Source: Escherichia phage vB_EcoP_B. Taken from it: a DNA stretch of 44,018 nt. The notes under the pieces were generated by a model. That model was not told the origin of the DNA, searched no databases, and was given only the letters and a program-made list of their open reading frames with translations. A program made the position numbers and the translations under genes. Positions 31,157 to 41,394 of the stretch are shown one piece after another. Location: sequence record NC_047806.1. One strand, given 5' to 3'. The first letter of the stretch is position 1, and the number at the start of each line of letters is the position of its first letter.

Positions 31157-34100
31157 CAATCCTCCAGTTCATCTAAGCCATAACGCAATGCGTTCTGGAT
31201 TCCTATTACATTAGTTAGAGGCACTAAGCGTAAAGCCCTACGTGCCACATCTACACCTTCTGTATCACCCTCTGCATATTTAGTTATAGAATCTGCTAAA
31301 CGATATGCATCTTGACCAACACCTACTAGTGGTATTTGGTCTATCAAACCCTTAGTCTGAAAGCCAGCCTCATAACGGGATTGTACTAACTCAGAAGGTA
31401 GAACACCTAGGCCACCCAAGAAATCTCCACCTAGACTAAATACAGCAGTTGTACTCATCATACCCATTGCACCAAAGGCCAACCCTTTAGGCGATAACTT
31501 CTCTTCCAAATATTCATCTTGGTCTTCTCGCCCAATAGAGTTCACATAGGCTTTTGCCGCATACACTATTGAACCCAAAGCAAACCCGTAAGCTGTCTTC
31601 TTAGCAAGACCAATTTTATCGTGGCGAATCCCTCGACCAAATTGCTTCTCACCAGATACAAGAGAGAATGACTTAAGCTGTGCAAATGTCTTACCTAGTG
31701 CTTTGTTCATCCAGATACCTTCATCACCAATGAAGTTACGTTGGATAATTAGACCTGACTTACGACGAATAGCATTAGCTAAAGTTTCACCCATGGCATA
31801 AGGCATTGTATCAAAGCCAAGCAAGCCAGAACCTTTAGAGTTAGCATCATAGTGCTTCTGTAGGTTAGTCATGAACTCCTGAGTAAGACCAAGTTCCTCC
31901 AGTTTCTTCTGAGGAATAATCTTCTTGCCTTCAAGGTGGTCAATGAAAGACAAAGCTATTTGCCTATTGGTCATTCGCTCCAGAGAACCCTGTGCCATGC
32001 GGAAGAGTGATAGGTTGGTTTGAGCACGACGTATTGAGTTCATGGATTGGTCAAAGTGAGCCATCATCCCTCTTACTGTGGTTACATCACCAAACTCATC
32101 TGGACGTGCACCCTTGGTTGTTAGCCAGTTATCCTCACCAATGTAACCTACCATCCTCTCTACTTCTGCCAAGTTCTTATCTCGGAAGAAGCCATCACCG
32201 CTCCGCAAAGCCTTAGATGTAAAGCGGAATTGCTTACCTAAAGCTATAGTGGTTGCAGCAATACCAAACTCACCCATGAAGTTAGCAAGTTCACCTAGCT
32301 GTGCGAAGCCCATCTGACCTAAGCGAAGTACACCTGTAATGTCACGACCACGACGCAGCATTTTAGTAGATAAAGCCTGTGGGTCTGCATCGATAGATTT
32401 ACCCATAATTAAGCGAAGCCCTTCTCGCATCTGACGGATTTCTTCATCAATAGCCAGACCCGCTGCTTCATCTTTCTCTTTCAATTTAAGTCGCTTCTTT
32501 AACTCTTCAATCTTCTCTTGTGCCTTCTTGTAATCAGGCTCTGATTGACGAATCTTAGCAGACTCCGCTTCAAATTGTGCGTGTGCTTTTGTATCTTTAG
32601 CTGCATTTCGTGCATTTCGCTCTACAAGGTCAATTGCATTAAGTGCAGCCTGATAGGTAGAGAAACCTTGACGAGCCAAGGCAGCACCACCTGCCGCTTC
32701 CTTCATGTAGTTATCTGTTAACTCTTCCACGTTAGTATTCATAAAGTCACGCATACGAATGCCATTGTACTCTTGAGTAACATCTAAGCCTAAACTCATC
32801 TTAGCTCGGTTAGAGATATTATCTCTGGTTTCTTTATTATCAAGAGCTTCTACCATCTTTTCAATTTCTTCATCACTGAAGCCTGCCTTGCGCATTATTG
32901 CTTCATACTCTGCTTTAGTCTGACCAGACATAGCCTTTTCGAAACTCATACGTCCTGTCAGAGTGGCATCCACAACACGGTTTACTTGTGCACGTGCAAT
33001 CTCATCAGCCACTTCCTTTGGAACCTTACGAGAACCATTCTGGTATGCACGAGAGAATAGCTCAATGATGTCCTCCTTATCGTGCATACTAAATTGACGA
33101 CGAGCCTTCATACTGTCAAAAATATCAGGCATGTACTTATCATCTGCTTTAACCTTTTCAAACCCAGCTTCACCAGAGCGCTTCCGTAAAGCTAAGGCTT
33201 CTCGATACATAGCTTGCTGCCCCCCTGCTGCCATACGGATAGACTTAGGCGTAGACTCATCCATACCGATGCGTACAGCTTCCCATACCTTCTCATTATA
33301 TTGCTGCACATAGTGAGAGTTAGTATGACCTGCAACCGGATTGATATTATTCTCTTTGAGCCATAAATCGAACCCATCATTGAAACGGTTCATATCAGCA
33401 GATTTCAGACGATTCAAGTTAGTATTCTGCATGAGACTAGCCGATGCCTTCTGTGCACCTAAGCCTTGCGGGGACTCAAACAGGCGAGCACCAAGACCAC
33501 GTACACTTGCATCCTGAGAGGAGTGCACGACAGTACCAAGGGCAGACATAGTTCCGGCCCAGCGGCGAGGTGTCATATCAATTGCATTACCTTCCCGCTG
33601 TAGGGTTTTCAGCAAATCTTCACCTTTGCTAGAGATATCGAATGCACCCTCAGTGAGTACCTCTTCACCCTTAACACGCATCGCACCGATACTGTCATCA
33701 GCAACAGCACGCACATAGCGGTCCCCTGCGTCTGCACTGCGCACAATGCTTGCCGCTCTGTCATCCCCTTGCTCACTGAGCTTAGTGGCCCTACCACGCG
33801 CTACAGCGCCGATAACGCCACCCATCGCCATGCCCGAGCCTAGTGCCACCATAATGTCATCTAAATCACGAGTCATGTCACCTTGGACCAATACGGACTC
33901 AATAGCGGCATTACTCACGCCAGCGGCGATAGCACCACGCACAGCACGGCCTACAAGCCCAACTTTAGCTGCACCACCGGTTGGAATAGAGGCAACCCAG
34001 CCAACAGGGTCGAGCACAGCAGCACCAATCGTTGCCACAGAGCCAACCCAGCCAGCCTGCGCAATACGTTTATTACGCTCAAGGTCTTCATCAGCATTCT

Positions 34101-34464
34101 GAATACGGAAGTTCAATTCATCCTCAGAACGAACACCCTCAATGATTGTCTGCATCATATCCGTGCCGTATTTGAAGCGAAGAGCTTCACGTTGCTCCGG
34201 TTGGATTTCAAAGTCAGGTTGAGGTGTGAAATCAGCAGTGGCACGGTCATACCATCGCTTACCTCCAAATGCCAACCATTCATTCTGGAAGGCAGCACCT
34301 ACAGCACCTAAGATGTCCGCATCAGCTTTGGCTTCAAGAACTTGCTCTTGTAACTCATTACGCTGGCGTATCGTAGGAGCCGATACCGGAGCCGCCTCAA
34401 TAGAAAACGGCTCAGGAGTAGACTGGACATATCCAGCCCAATTAGTCTTAATATCTTGTTCCAT
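31156..34464 (-). CDS. internal virion (ejection) protein, large (1102 aa)
   Basis: ORF track; GGAGGA SD; size and position after two other internal proteins as for T7 gp16. Confidence 0.7.
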   Translation of the reverse strand: MEQDIKTNWAGYVQSTPEPFSIEAAPVSAPTIRQRNELQEQVLEAKADADILGAVGAAFQNEWLAFGGKRWYDRATADFTPQPDFEIQPEQREALRFKYGTDMMQTIIEGVRSEDELNFRIQNADEDLERNKRIAQAGWVGSVATIGAAVLDPVGWVASIPTGGAAKVGLVGRAVRGAIAAGVSNAAIESVLVQGDMTRDLDDIMVALGSGMAMGGVIGAVARGRATKLSEQGDDRAASIVRSADAGDRYVRAVADDSIGAMRVKGEEVLTEGAFDISSKGEDLLKTLQREGNAIDMTPRRWAGTMSALGTVVHSSQDASVRGLGARLFESPQGLGAQKASASLMQNTNLNRLKSADMNRFNDGFDLWLKENNINPVAGHTNSHYVQQYNEKVWEAVRIGMDESTPKSIRMAAGGQQAMYREALALRKRSGEAGFEKVKADDKYMPDIFDSMKARRQFSMHDKEDIIELFSRAYQNGSRKVPKEVADEIARAQVNRVVDATLTGRMSFEKAMSGQTKAEYEAIMRKAGFSDEEIEKMVEALDNKETRDNISNRAKMSLGLDVTQEYNGIRMRDFMNTNVEELTDNYMKEAAGGAALARQGFSTYQAALNAIDLVERNARNAAKDTKAHAQFEAESAKIRQSEPDYKKAQEKIEELKKRLKLKEKDEAAGLAIDEEIRQMREGLRLIMGKSIDADPQALSTKMLRRGRDITGVLRLGQMGFAQLGELANFMGEFGIAATTIALGKQFRFTSKALRSGDGFFRDKNLAEVERMVGYIGEDNWLTTKGARPDEFGDVTTVRGMMAHFDQSMNSIRRAQTNLSLFRMAQGSLERMTNRQIALSFIDHLEGKKIIPQKKLEELGLTQEFMTNLQKHYDANSKGSGLLGFDTMPYAMGETLANAIRRKSGLIIQRNFIGDEGIWMNKALGKTFAQLKSFSLVSGEKQFGRGIRHDKIGLAKKTAYGFALGSIVYAAKAYVNSIGREDQDEYLEEKLSPKGLAFGAMGMMSTTAVFSLGGDFLGGLGVLPSELVQSRYEAGFQTKGLIDQIPLVGVGQDAYRLADSITKYAEGDTEGVDVARRALRLVPLTNVIGIQNALRYGLDELED

Positions 34465-34494
34465 AGTTCCTCCATAGTGCCTATCATAAAGACC

Positions 34495-34512
34495 TGTCTC
34501 ACATGTGAGACA
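34495..34512 (-). other. GTCTCAC..GTGAGAC palindromic hairpin element
   Basis: perfect 18-bp palindrome tgtctcacatgtgagaca between internal virion protein genes. Confidence 0.55.
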
Positions 34513-34528
34513 AGCCTTGAGTTAGGTA

Positions 34529-37477
34529 CTACAATTTAACTTTACCTACCTTAGAATCTTTAGCTAACTTGGTAGGTGCAGCATCATAAACCTGATACCA
34601 ACCATCCGCGCCAATACGTTTATGAGTCCATGCCGAGACAGAACCTGCTGGCATAGGGCCACCAAATCTAACCCACATGGAGCCATCTTCACGAGTCTCC
34701 ACTTCGGTAATCTTAGGCACACCACCAGCAGATGCCATATTGTAAGCCTCAGCACGTCGCTTCAGTAAGCCAGAAACACGTTTACCTTCACTAGATGCAG
34801 TACCCAGCATTTCGATAAAGCCTTCCGTAAGTTTACCAGCTTTGAATGCAGCAAGAGCACGCGGTGAGTTCTGGATTCCACCTTTACCTAAATTGTAGGT
34901 TAAATCCATCAAGCCACGTTGCTGTGCAGGATGCATCTGGTCAAACGGAATCTTCCAGTCACGAGTAGGAGGCACATGCTTCTTAGCATCTTGCTCCATA
35001 AGAGCGCGAGCCTTACTCTCTGTAAGCTGAGACATAGACCCTCGATAGGGAACTAGTTCATCGCCAATCTTAATATACCCGTTTCGCTTCTCTTCTTCCG
35101 TTAAGAAATGACCGTAACCGATAGACTCACCGTGAGCGTCTTTATATGGAGTAAAGGTTCCAGTTGCCTTATTAAAGCCAACTTTATCTTTATTCTCATC
35201 CATAGCTAGCTTGTCATAGAATTGTTGCATATTACCTCGATAGTTAATCTCGAAGTTAGAAGGCAGATTCTCACCAGAAGCAAAAGCAGAAGACATGAGG
35301 AAGTTAGCTAGTCCAAATTTACCAATATCTTTGGCAGTTGGCTTAGCTGGCATTGGTTCTTGTGCACCGATACCTGTACGATAGGGATGAACATACTCGC
35401 CTTTGTCTCGTTCTTCTACTTTCTTCTGATAGGCAGAATCCAGTAGTGAAGTGGTATCCAAAGAAGTTACAGGGATTACTCCAGAAAGAGGGCGACCTGC
35501 TGCACCAGCACGAATCACAAAAGTTCCTTTCTGTTCATTGTAATCAATGTACACATCATCCTTAGTTTCCCACTCTTGAAGCTCCTTCTTCAATTCTGGC
35601 ATCTGTGTTTCTACATACCTACCAAGCGCCAGAGGGACATCGGTAGGGTTTACACCTTTCCCAACTGACATAAGCATATCAGATGCAGAAGTGTAATCAC
35701 CTTTAATGAAATAGCCACCTGAAGTCTTTGCATCCTCTGATTGAGTGTAGCGTTTATTGCCCCAAGTAATTAAAGCCTTCTTGATAGAATCCATGTTACG
35801 CATACCGCTAGACCACAGCATATTGGCCTTAGCTCGTAACTCTTCTTCCGCAATAGCTTTACCTAAGTCTGACACTTCGGTTTTACCATCAAACCAGCCA
35901 GCACCAGATACCTCATCCAGTGCATCTCCAATAGCTGAGTTGAACTTCTTGTTTTCCTTCTCAGTACGAGAGAATTTATGCTGTGCTTCACGCGCAAACC
36001 TTGCAGCCTGCAAAGGTGTCTCTCCCATTTGTAGTGCAGTATTGTAGTTATCCATGTAGCCATTCACCGTGTCACCAAAGACACCTCGGCTCTCTTCTGG
36101 CAACTGTTCCCACAACTGACGAATAGTCATCAACTCCTGTGGTTCGCCCTTGGCAAAGTGCTCAGGAGATAGCATAGATTCCATGGCTTTGATACGAGAC
36201 TCAAAGGTATCATCCACTAAGCCTTTGGAGTTCATGAATTGCAGGCGCTGCACTTCCACTGCACCACGAATAGCTTCAGCCTCTTGACTGTAAGGGTCCA
36301 AGCCACGTTGTTTGATTTGCTGGTCTGCATAAAGTTGGCTATCCTGTTTGATAACATCAATGTAAGCCTTCTTCTCTTTATCAGTCTTACCTTGGAAGCC
36401 AGTCAGGCGGTCGGAGTAAAGCTCACGTCGCATATCCTGCATTGCACCTAGCTCTGCATTCTGCTTAGCCCGTTGGCGCATCAGTGCCTCTAGCTCTGGA
36501 TTAGAGAAGACAGAGTTACCTGTCAGATTATTAATGTGCTGTGCTCGTTCCAATAATTCTTTATCAGTTAAATCGCCTGCAAGGTATGATTCTTTAACTT
36601 CGAAAGACATACGAGTTACATCAGCTACATTATTCCTAGCCCAAACTGCATTACCACTAGTGATGGCTGTGATAAGCTGTGGATTCTTAGCATAAACAGA
36701 AACGCCCTTATCGTCCTTCACATACTTCAGGGCTTCAGCCATGCTAACATCCCCACCTTGTGCAAGTGAAATTGCCCGCTGGACTAACTTCTTGTACATC
36801 TGTTCAGGTAGTAATCCTTGAGTCAGACCTTCGCGGATTCGTTCCTGTAAAGCATAGCCAGAGGCCTCAGGGTCAATATTAGAATCCCAAGTAGAAGCCA
36901 CTCGCCCGTCAAAGGTATCCTCACGGTCTGCTTGTTCACGGTCAAGTTTATGCTTGGTTCGTGTAGCCCAAATCTGAGGCTGCTGTTCTTGGAAGACATT
37001 AGTGACCATACGCATAGTATCTTTGTCACCTTGCAACTCAGGGTATTGCTGGAACAGCTTATTCTGCATCTCATTACGAGAGTCAACCATAAGTTGTGTC
37101 CACTCGTCATCCGTCCCTTGGAAACGAGTAGCCATGTTTTTCATTCGTGCTGCTTCATCATTAGCTAGCAGTTGAGCTTTGACAAGCATGTTAGCACGAG
37201 CGCCACCACGAGTTGCATCCTCAGAAGGCATTAATCCGTTATATGCCCGTTCCATTTGAACAACCTTATCTTCCTCAATCTTCTGATTAAGGATACCAGT
37301 GGTAACATCAGCCACGCTGCTTGCTGCACGAATAAGGTCTTCGATAAACCCACTACCGGAGGTAGAAGCCACGCCAGCCTCCACACCTCCCACTTGTTGA
37401 GGTGCAAAGGTCATGACATTAGGAGAAGTGGCCTGCACTTGTGGCAGACCTTGTACTGCTTGTCGCTCAATTGCCAT
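34529..37477 (-). CDS. internal virion protein with C-terminal lysozyme-like domain (982 aa)
   Basis: ORF track; ATG overlaps upstream stop (TAATG); residues around YKDAHGESIGYGH...DLTYNLG resemble T4-lysozyme-type fold. Confidence 0.7.
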   Translation of the reverse strand: MAIERQAVQGLPQVQATSPNVMTFAPQQVGGVEAGVASTSGSGFIEDLIRAASSVADVTTGILNQKIEEDKVVQMERAYNGLMPSEDATRGGARANMLVKAQLLANDEAARMKNMATRFQGTDDEWTQLMVDSRNEMQNKLFQQYPELQGDKDTMRMVTNVFQEQQPQIWATRTKHKLDREQADREDTFDGRVASTWDSNIDPEASGYALQERIREGLTQGLLPEQMYKKLVQRAISLAQGGDVSMAEALKYVKDDKGVSVYAKNPQLITAITSGNAVWARNNVADVTRMSFEVKESYLAGDLTDKELLERAQHINNLTGNSVFSNPELEALMRQRAKQNAELGAMQDMRRELYSDRLTGFQGKTDKEKKAYIDVIKQDSQLYADQQIKQRGLDPYSQEAEAIRGAVEVQRLQFMNSKGLVDDTFESRIKAMESMLSPEHFAKGEPQELMTIRQLWEQLPEESRGVFGDTVNGYMDNYNTALQMGETPLQAARFAREAQHKFSRTEKENKKFNSAIGDALDEVSGAGWFDGKTEVSDLGKAIAEEELRAKANMLWSSGMRNMDSIKKALITWGNKRYTQSEDAKTSGGYFIKGDYTSASDMLMSVGKGVNPTDVPLALGRYVETQMPELKKELQEWETKDDVYIDYNEQKGTFVIRAGAAGRPLSGVIPVTSLDTTSLLDSAYQKKVEERDKGEYVHPYRTGIGAQEPMPAKPTAKDIGKFGLANFLMSSAFASGENLPSNFEINYRGNMQQFYDKLAMDENKDKVGFNKATGTFTPYKDAHGESIGYGHFLTEEEKRNGYIKIGDELVPYRGSMSQLTESKARALMEQDAKKHVPPTRDWKIPFDQMHPAQQRGLMDLTYNLGKGGIQNSPRALAAFKAGKLTEGFIEMLGTASSEGKRVSGLLKRRAEAYNMASAGGVPKITEVETREDGSMWVRFGGPMPAGSVSAWTHKRIGADGWYQVYDAAPTKLAKDSKVGKVKL

Positions 37478-38199
37478 TAAATACCTCTTGTTCCAGATGA
37501 ATATGTGCGAGAATCAGTTAAGGCTTTACCCAATGCCTTGCCAGACTTACTACCAGTTACATAGGCAGATGCCAGACTTGGAATACCTTTAACCAAGGTA
37601 TTCATAGCAGAAGGCTTCTTAAACTCACGCATCTGCATCTGACCACCACGTTGGATAGACTTAAGCTGGTTGGTGAAATTAATCTTCTGATTCTCATAGT
37701 TATCAATGATAGTACTCTGGTTTCTGCCGCCATCTGCTGCTAAGTCATTAAGCATAGAGGACACAGAATTACCACCAGTACCAGTAGCCCCAGCAAGTAA
37801 TGCAACCTGTGCTCGCTGCTGTAGCAGTGAAGCCTGATTACTGATTGCATCTGCATGATATTGTTTAGCAGCAGAACGTTCTGCGTCTGCCACTGTCTTG
37901 TACGCCTCTTGTGTAGCAATAAGCTGCTGCCGCCATTGCTCTTCTTGTGCTTTCTTCATCGCCTTGGCTTCATCACTTCCACCAAAGAGATCACCAATCA
38001 AGCCTAACCCTTGAAGGCCAGCACCAAGAAGGCCAGCATTAGAGAAACCAGCAGTGGAGCCACTTAGGAATCCACCTAGTGAACCTAGCAAACCTCCGCC
38101 ACCTGCGGCAGCACCTCCAGCAGCGGCTGCTGCACCGCTGCCTGCAAACATACTACCAATAGAAGACATACCAGACATAACGGCTGAACCTATAGCCAT
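37477..38199 (-). CDS. internal virion protein, Gly/Ala-rich (about 240 aa)
   Basis: ORF track 37477..38238 trimmed to ATG 38197-38199 with AGGAGG SD overlapping tail-tube B stop. Confidence 0.6.
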   Translation of the reverse strand: MAIGSAVMSGMSSIGSMFAGSGAAAAAGGAAAGGGGLLGSLGGFLSGSTAGFSNAGLLGAGLQGLGLIGDLFGGSDEAKAMKKAQEEQWRQQLIATQEAYKTVADAERSAAKQYHADAISNQASLLQQRAQVALLAGATGTGGNSVSSMLNDLAADGGRNQSTIIDNYENQKINFTNQLKSIQRGGQMQMREFKKPSAMNTLVKGIPSLASAYVTGSKSGKALGKALTDSRTYSSGTRGI

Positions 38200-40601
38200 T
38201 AGACCCTCCTTTTGGTTGGATTGTAGCTCCCTTCCCACTCAATATCGCGGAGCTGGAATGTGTGAGGTGATTCTACAATAATACGATAAACAGCATCCGT
38301 ACTCTTAGCTCTCAGTGGGAATCTGAAGACACCTTCTCTTGGTTCAACATAACCTACTGTATTGTTGAGAGCACCACCTATACGGTTTGACGCTAGCACC
38401 CTGCGTACTTTACCACTCTTCACATTCTTAACCTCCACGGAGAAATCAGGATACATATCAAGATTAAGGTGAACCAACCCCACAACAGGTACATCAATAT
38501 AGGATACACGGTCTTGCCTATCTCTGATAACTACAGGTGTTGGTTCAAACTCTTGAGGGTAAATCTGACCAACAATAACCTTCGCTTTTACGTGGCTATC
38601 ATCATGCATATCAAAGGTTGTAGACAAGGTGTTATCACCGGGATTATATTTGAATAGGAAAGAACCACCAATATATGAATCCCACCCGTCTATTAAGATG
38701 CAATCCAAAAGCTCTGGGTTAGTAGGAGTCCAAGGAAGCGGTTCAGACACCCATTCATCTTCTGCTTTAAAATGCTTGAAGACTAACTCTGCTTGCCTAT
38801 CCATCCTAATGCGGTCATTCAAACCATAGGTTAATGCATCACCCATGTCCATCTTCTCCAGATATACGCCATCCCCTCGCTCAAGGAGTAGGTAAAGTAA
38901 TTCACCAGAATAAAATAGACCTCGCACCTTTGTACCTACAGGCCACTTCCATACATGCCATGCTGATTGTACACGGTCTGTTCCTTGCCATAACCAATCA
39001 TAGCAGTAGATTATGTTACGGTACTTATCGGTAGTGACAAGTAACCTGTTGACATTGGTGCTTGCTGCCATGTTGGTAATGTTACCTTCGATGAGTTTAT
39101 TCACATGACTTGTGATTGCTTGTGCCTTCTTAGTGTCACTATAAGAGTCTGTATAGAACTCTCGTACACCAGAGTAATAACCATCATTAGTGGCAAACAT
39201 TACCGATTCACCAGTTACTACTGGCTTCACTTTATTGTTCACTTCAAATGTTGTAACAGGCTTAAGCAATGCATTTGACTTCTCTAAAGGCTTATCGCCT
39301 GGCAGTATGAATTGTGACTTATCAGAGAACAATACGGTAGCTCCATCTAAGGTCACTGCATGTTTTAGCTGGTAAACTTCACTCGCATCTGAGAAAATAT
39401 CAAATGGGTCAGTTGCCAATGCAGAGATAACCGTATAACGAAAGAAATCGAAGAAATATGATGTACGAGAAGCAATAACCGCTTCACCTGCTGTAAAGCA
39501 TAGGCGGTTCTGCACCATGAACATTCCACCTATTGTCTGGGGTACTTCCTCATCAATAAAAGAGGGCATAGGGTTAGTCAAGTCATCCCCTACTTTACGG
39601 TCTTCCCAATCCCCTTGTCTTATCTTGAATTGAGCTATGCCGTCAATGATACCTGTACGTTCAATAATGTAAGGCATTGTGCCTTTATCAAACCCAAGTA
39701 ATACATCAGCAGCTATTGTTTCTTTCCAAGACACAAGGTTTCCCTCTTTAGGCTCAGCTTGCAGCCAGTAACGAGACTCAGGTTTGCTGCCAGTAGGCCA
39801 CACTTGTACTTTATAACCAGCAGGCGCACGAGAAGGGAGTAGGTCAGTAGAGCTAACTTTATTCTTGATAGCCACTAAGTCCTTACCTTTTGCACCATCG
39901 GTAGTTGTTACTGTGAAACTTTTACCATCGCGTCTCTCTATAAATATGCTCGTACCATCTCTTTGTATTTCATAGTCATTCACACCACTCCATTGCTGCA
40001 ACTTGGAGTACAATTCAGAAGTGATACGTTCCGTTCGTATTTGTTCAACATGTTCTGCACTTCCCCCATCTGGTGTTTTAAAACTAGCAGCTGTAGTTCC
40101 ATTAATTATGATAGAATAAGATGTACCGTATTGACCATATGCACAAAACACAATGGCTTTATCTCCAACTTTAGGTGACTTCCTATTACTAACTTTAACC
40201 ACTTTCCTACGGTTAAGCATAAAAGTAACATCAGCTATAGTCATGAATTGCACATCTTCCCTAGGGTTAACAACTTCAGAAAGGTAGGTCATAGGTGCAT
40301 CTTGAGAGGTGACATTGCACTTGCGTCCATGCTTATCAAATATCTCTGGCACTTGCCCCTTCTTTAAGGTGAAGAAATACTCTTCATCCCCCTCACCCCT
40401 GCGATAATGGTGCGTTGCCATATTATCTGTACCTTCATCCAAGAGCTTAGCAATGTGAGTTGTACCCATGCGGGATTGAGTCCCATTCACTACATCAGGG
40501 ACCATGTTCACCATAGTCGTACATTGGCCATCAAGACGTACCGCTGGTGGTTGCTGGCTAATCCCTTGGATTTGCCTCCCTAATGAACCTTGTACTTCCA
40601 T
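38199..40601 (-). CDS. tail tubular protein B (gp12-like), about 800 aa
   Basis: ORF track 38199..40631 (TTG) trimmed to ATG with GGGAGGA SD; size like T7 gp12 (794 aa); position. Confidence 0.7.
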   Translation of the reverse strand: MEVQGSLGRQIQGISQQPPAVRLDGQCTTMVNMVPDVVNGTQSRMGTTHIAKLLDEGTDNMATHHYRRGEGDEEYFFTLKKGQVPEIFDKHGRKCNVTSQDAPMTYLSEVVNPREDVQFMTIADVTFMLNRRKVVKVSNRKSPKVGDKAIVFCAYGQYGTSYSIIINGTTAASFKTPDGGSAEHVEQIRTERITSELYSKLQQWSGVNDYEIQRDGTSIFIERRDGKSFTVTTTDGAKGKDLVAIKNKVSSTDLLPSRAPAGYKVQVWPTGSKPESRYWLQAEPKEGNLVSWKETIAADVLLGFDKGTMPYIIERTGIIDGIAQFKIRQGDWEDRKVGDDLTNPMPSFIDEEVPQTIGGMFMVQNRLCFTAGEAVIASRTSYFFDFFRYTVISALATDPFDIFSDASEVYQLKHAVTLDGATVLFSDKSQFILPGDKPLEKSNALLKPVTTFEVNNKVKPVVTGESVMFATNDGYYSGVREFYTDSYSDTKKAQAITSHVNKLIEGNITNMAASTNVNRLLVTTDKYRNIIYCYDWLWQGTDRVQSAWHVWKWPVGTKVRGLFYSGELLYLLLERGDGVYLEKMDMGDALTYGLNDRIRMDRQAELVFKHFKAEDEWVSEPLPWTPTNPELLDCILIDGWDSYIGGSFLFKYNPGDNTLSTTFDMHDDSHVKAKVIVGQIYPQEFEPTPVVIRDRQDRVSYIDVPVVGLVHLNLDMYPDFSVEVKNVKSGKVRRVLASNRIGGALNNTVGYVEPREGVFRFPLRAKSTDAVYRIIVESPHTFQLRDIEWEGSYNPTKRRV

Positions 40602-41338
40602 TAACGATCCTCCCACGGACGAAGTGCCCAACTGTCATATGGTGAATGAGAGTAAGCAGGTACATTCTGAGAACCACCTGCCATAATACCGAACTGACGC
40701 TGCGTAGGATTATGCACAAGCATATTCAATCGCTTTTGTGACATTTGTTCTGATTGCACATCCATTAGAAGCTGAGTGGCAATCTGCTGTGCAGTGGCTA
40801 GCTTAGTCTGATCTGCATCCTTAGACACAATAAACTCTACAGCAGCTTGATAGGCAATAGCCTGCATTACACTAGTAGGTAGATGCTCATATGGAAGTAA
40901 GGTAAGTAAGGTAAGACGAATCATACCATTAGCATTCACATGCTTACGCATATCAAAGGTATGACTCCATGTAGAGTAGAGCTTACCTGCTCGCATAGTC
41001 ATGGGTACTTTCTTCTCACCCAAAGCATAACACTGCAATACTGCTAGGCAGTTGTTAGGTAGATTGACTTCACCATTGGTATCAGGTGCAATCTGCCAGT
41101 TTGGTTCACGATTGAACCACCAGCCACCTCCTTTGTTGTACTGGAATCGCTGGGATACGATGTCGATCATCTTGCTTGCATCTTCTGCGTCCAAGTCACC
41201 TGAGTCGAGAGAATCCACACCCTCACGACCAATAGCTCGCATACACAAGTTTACCGCTTCCAGCTTACTATCAATAATCTGGAAGGCCACATCTTCCATC
41301 ATATGACCTACTTTACTGGTTTGTCTAATTACAGGCAT
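40601..41338 (-). CDS. tail tubular protein A (gp11-like), about 245 aa
   Basis: ORF track 40601..41389 trimmed to ATG 41336-41338 with AGGAGGG SD; the track's extra 17 codons are the terminator hairpin/T-run; GGGWWFN resembles T7 gp11 GWTFN. Confidence 0.65.
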   Translation of the reverse strand: MPVIRQTSKVGHMMEDVAFQIIDSKLEAVNLCMRAIGREGVDSLDSGDLDAEDASKMIDIVSQRFQYNKGGGWWFNREPNWQIAPDTNGEVNLPNNCLAVLQCYALGEKKVPMTMRAGKLYSTWSHTFDMRKHVNANGMIRLTLLTLLPYEHLPTSVMQAIAYQAAVEFIVSKDADQTKLATAQQIATQLLMDVQSEQMSQKRLNMLVHNPTQRQFGIMAGGSQNVPAYSHSPYDSWALRPWEDR

Positions 41339-41349
41339 GAACCCTCCTA

Positions 41350-41386
41350 ACAAAAAAAGAACCCTACCTACGCAAGGTAGATAGGG
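41350..41386 (-). terminator. intrinsic terminator after capsid gene (T-phi analog)
   Basis: 10-bp stem CCCUAUCUAC/GUAGGUAGGG with 5-nt loop followed by UUCUUUUUUUG; overlaps leader/SD of tail tube A. Confidence 0.6.
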
Positions 41387-41394
41387 CATAGGTA

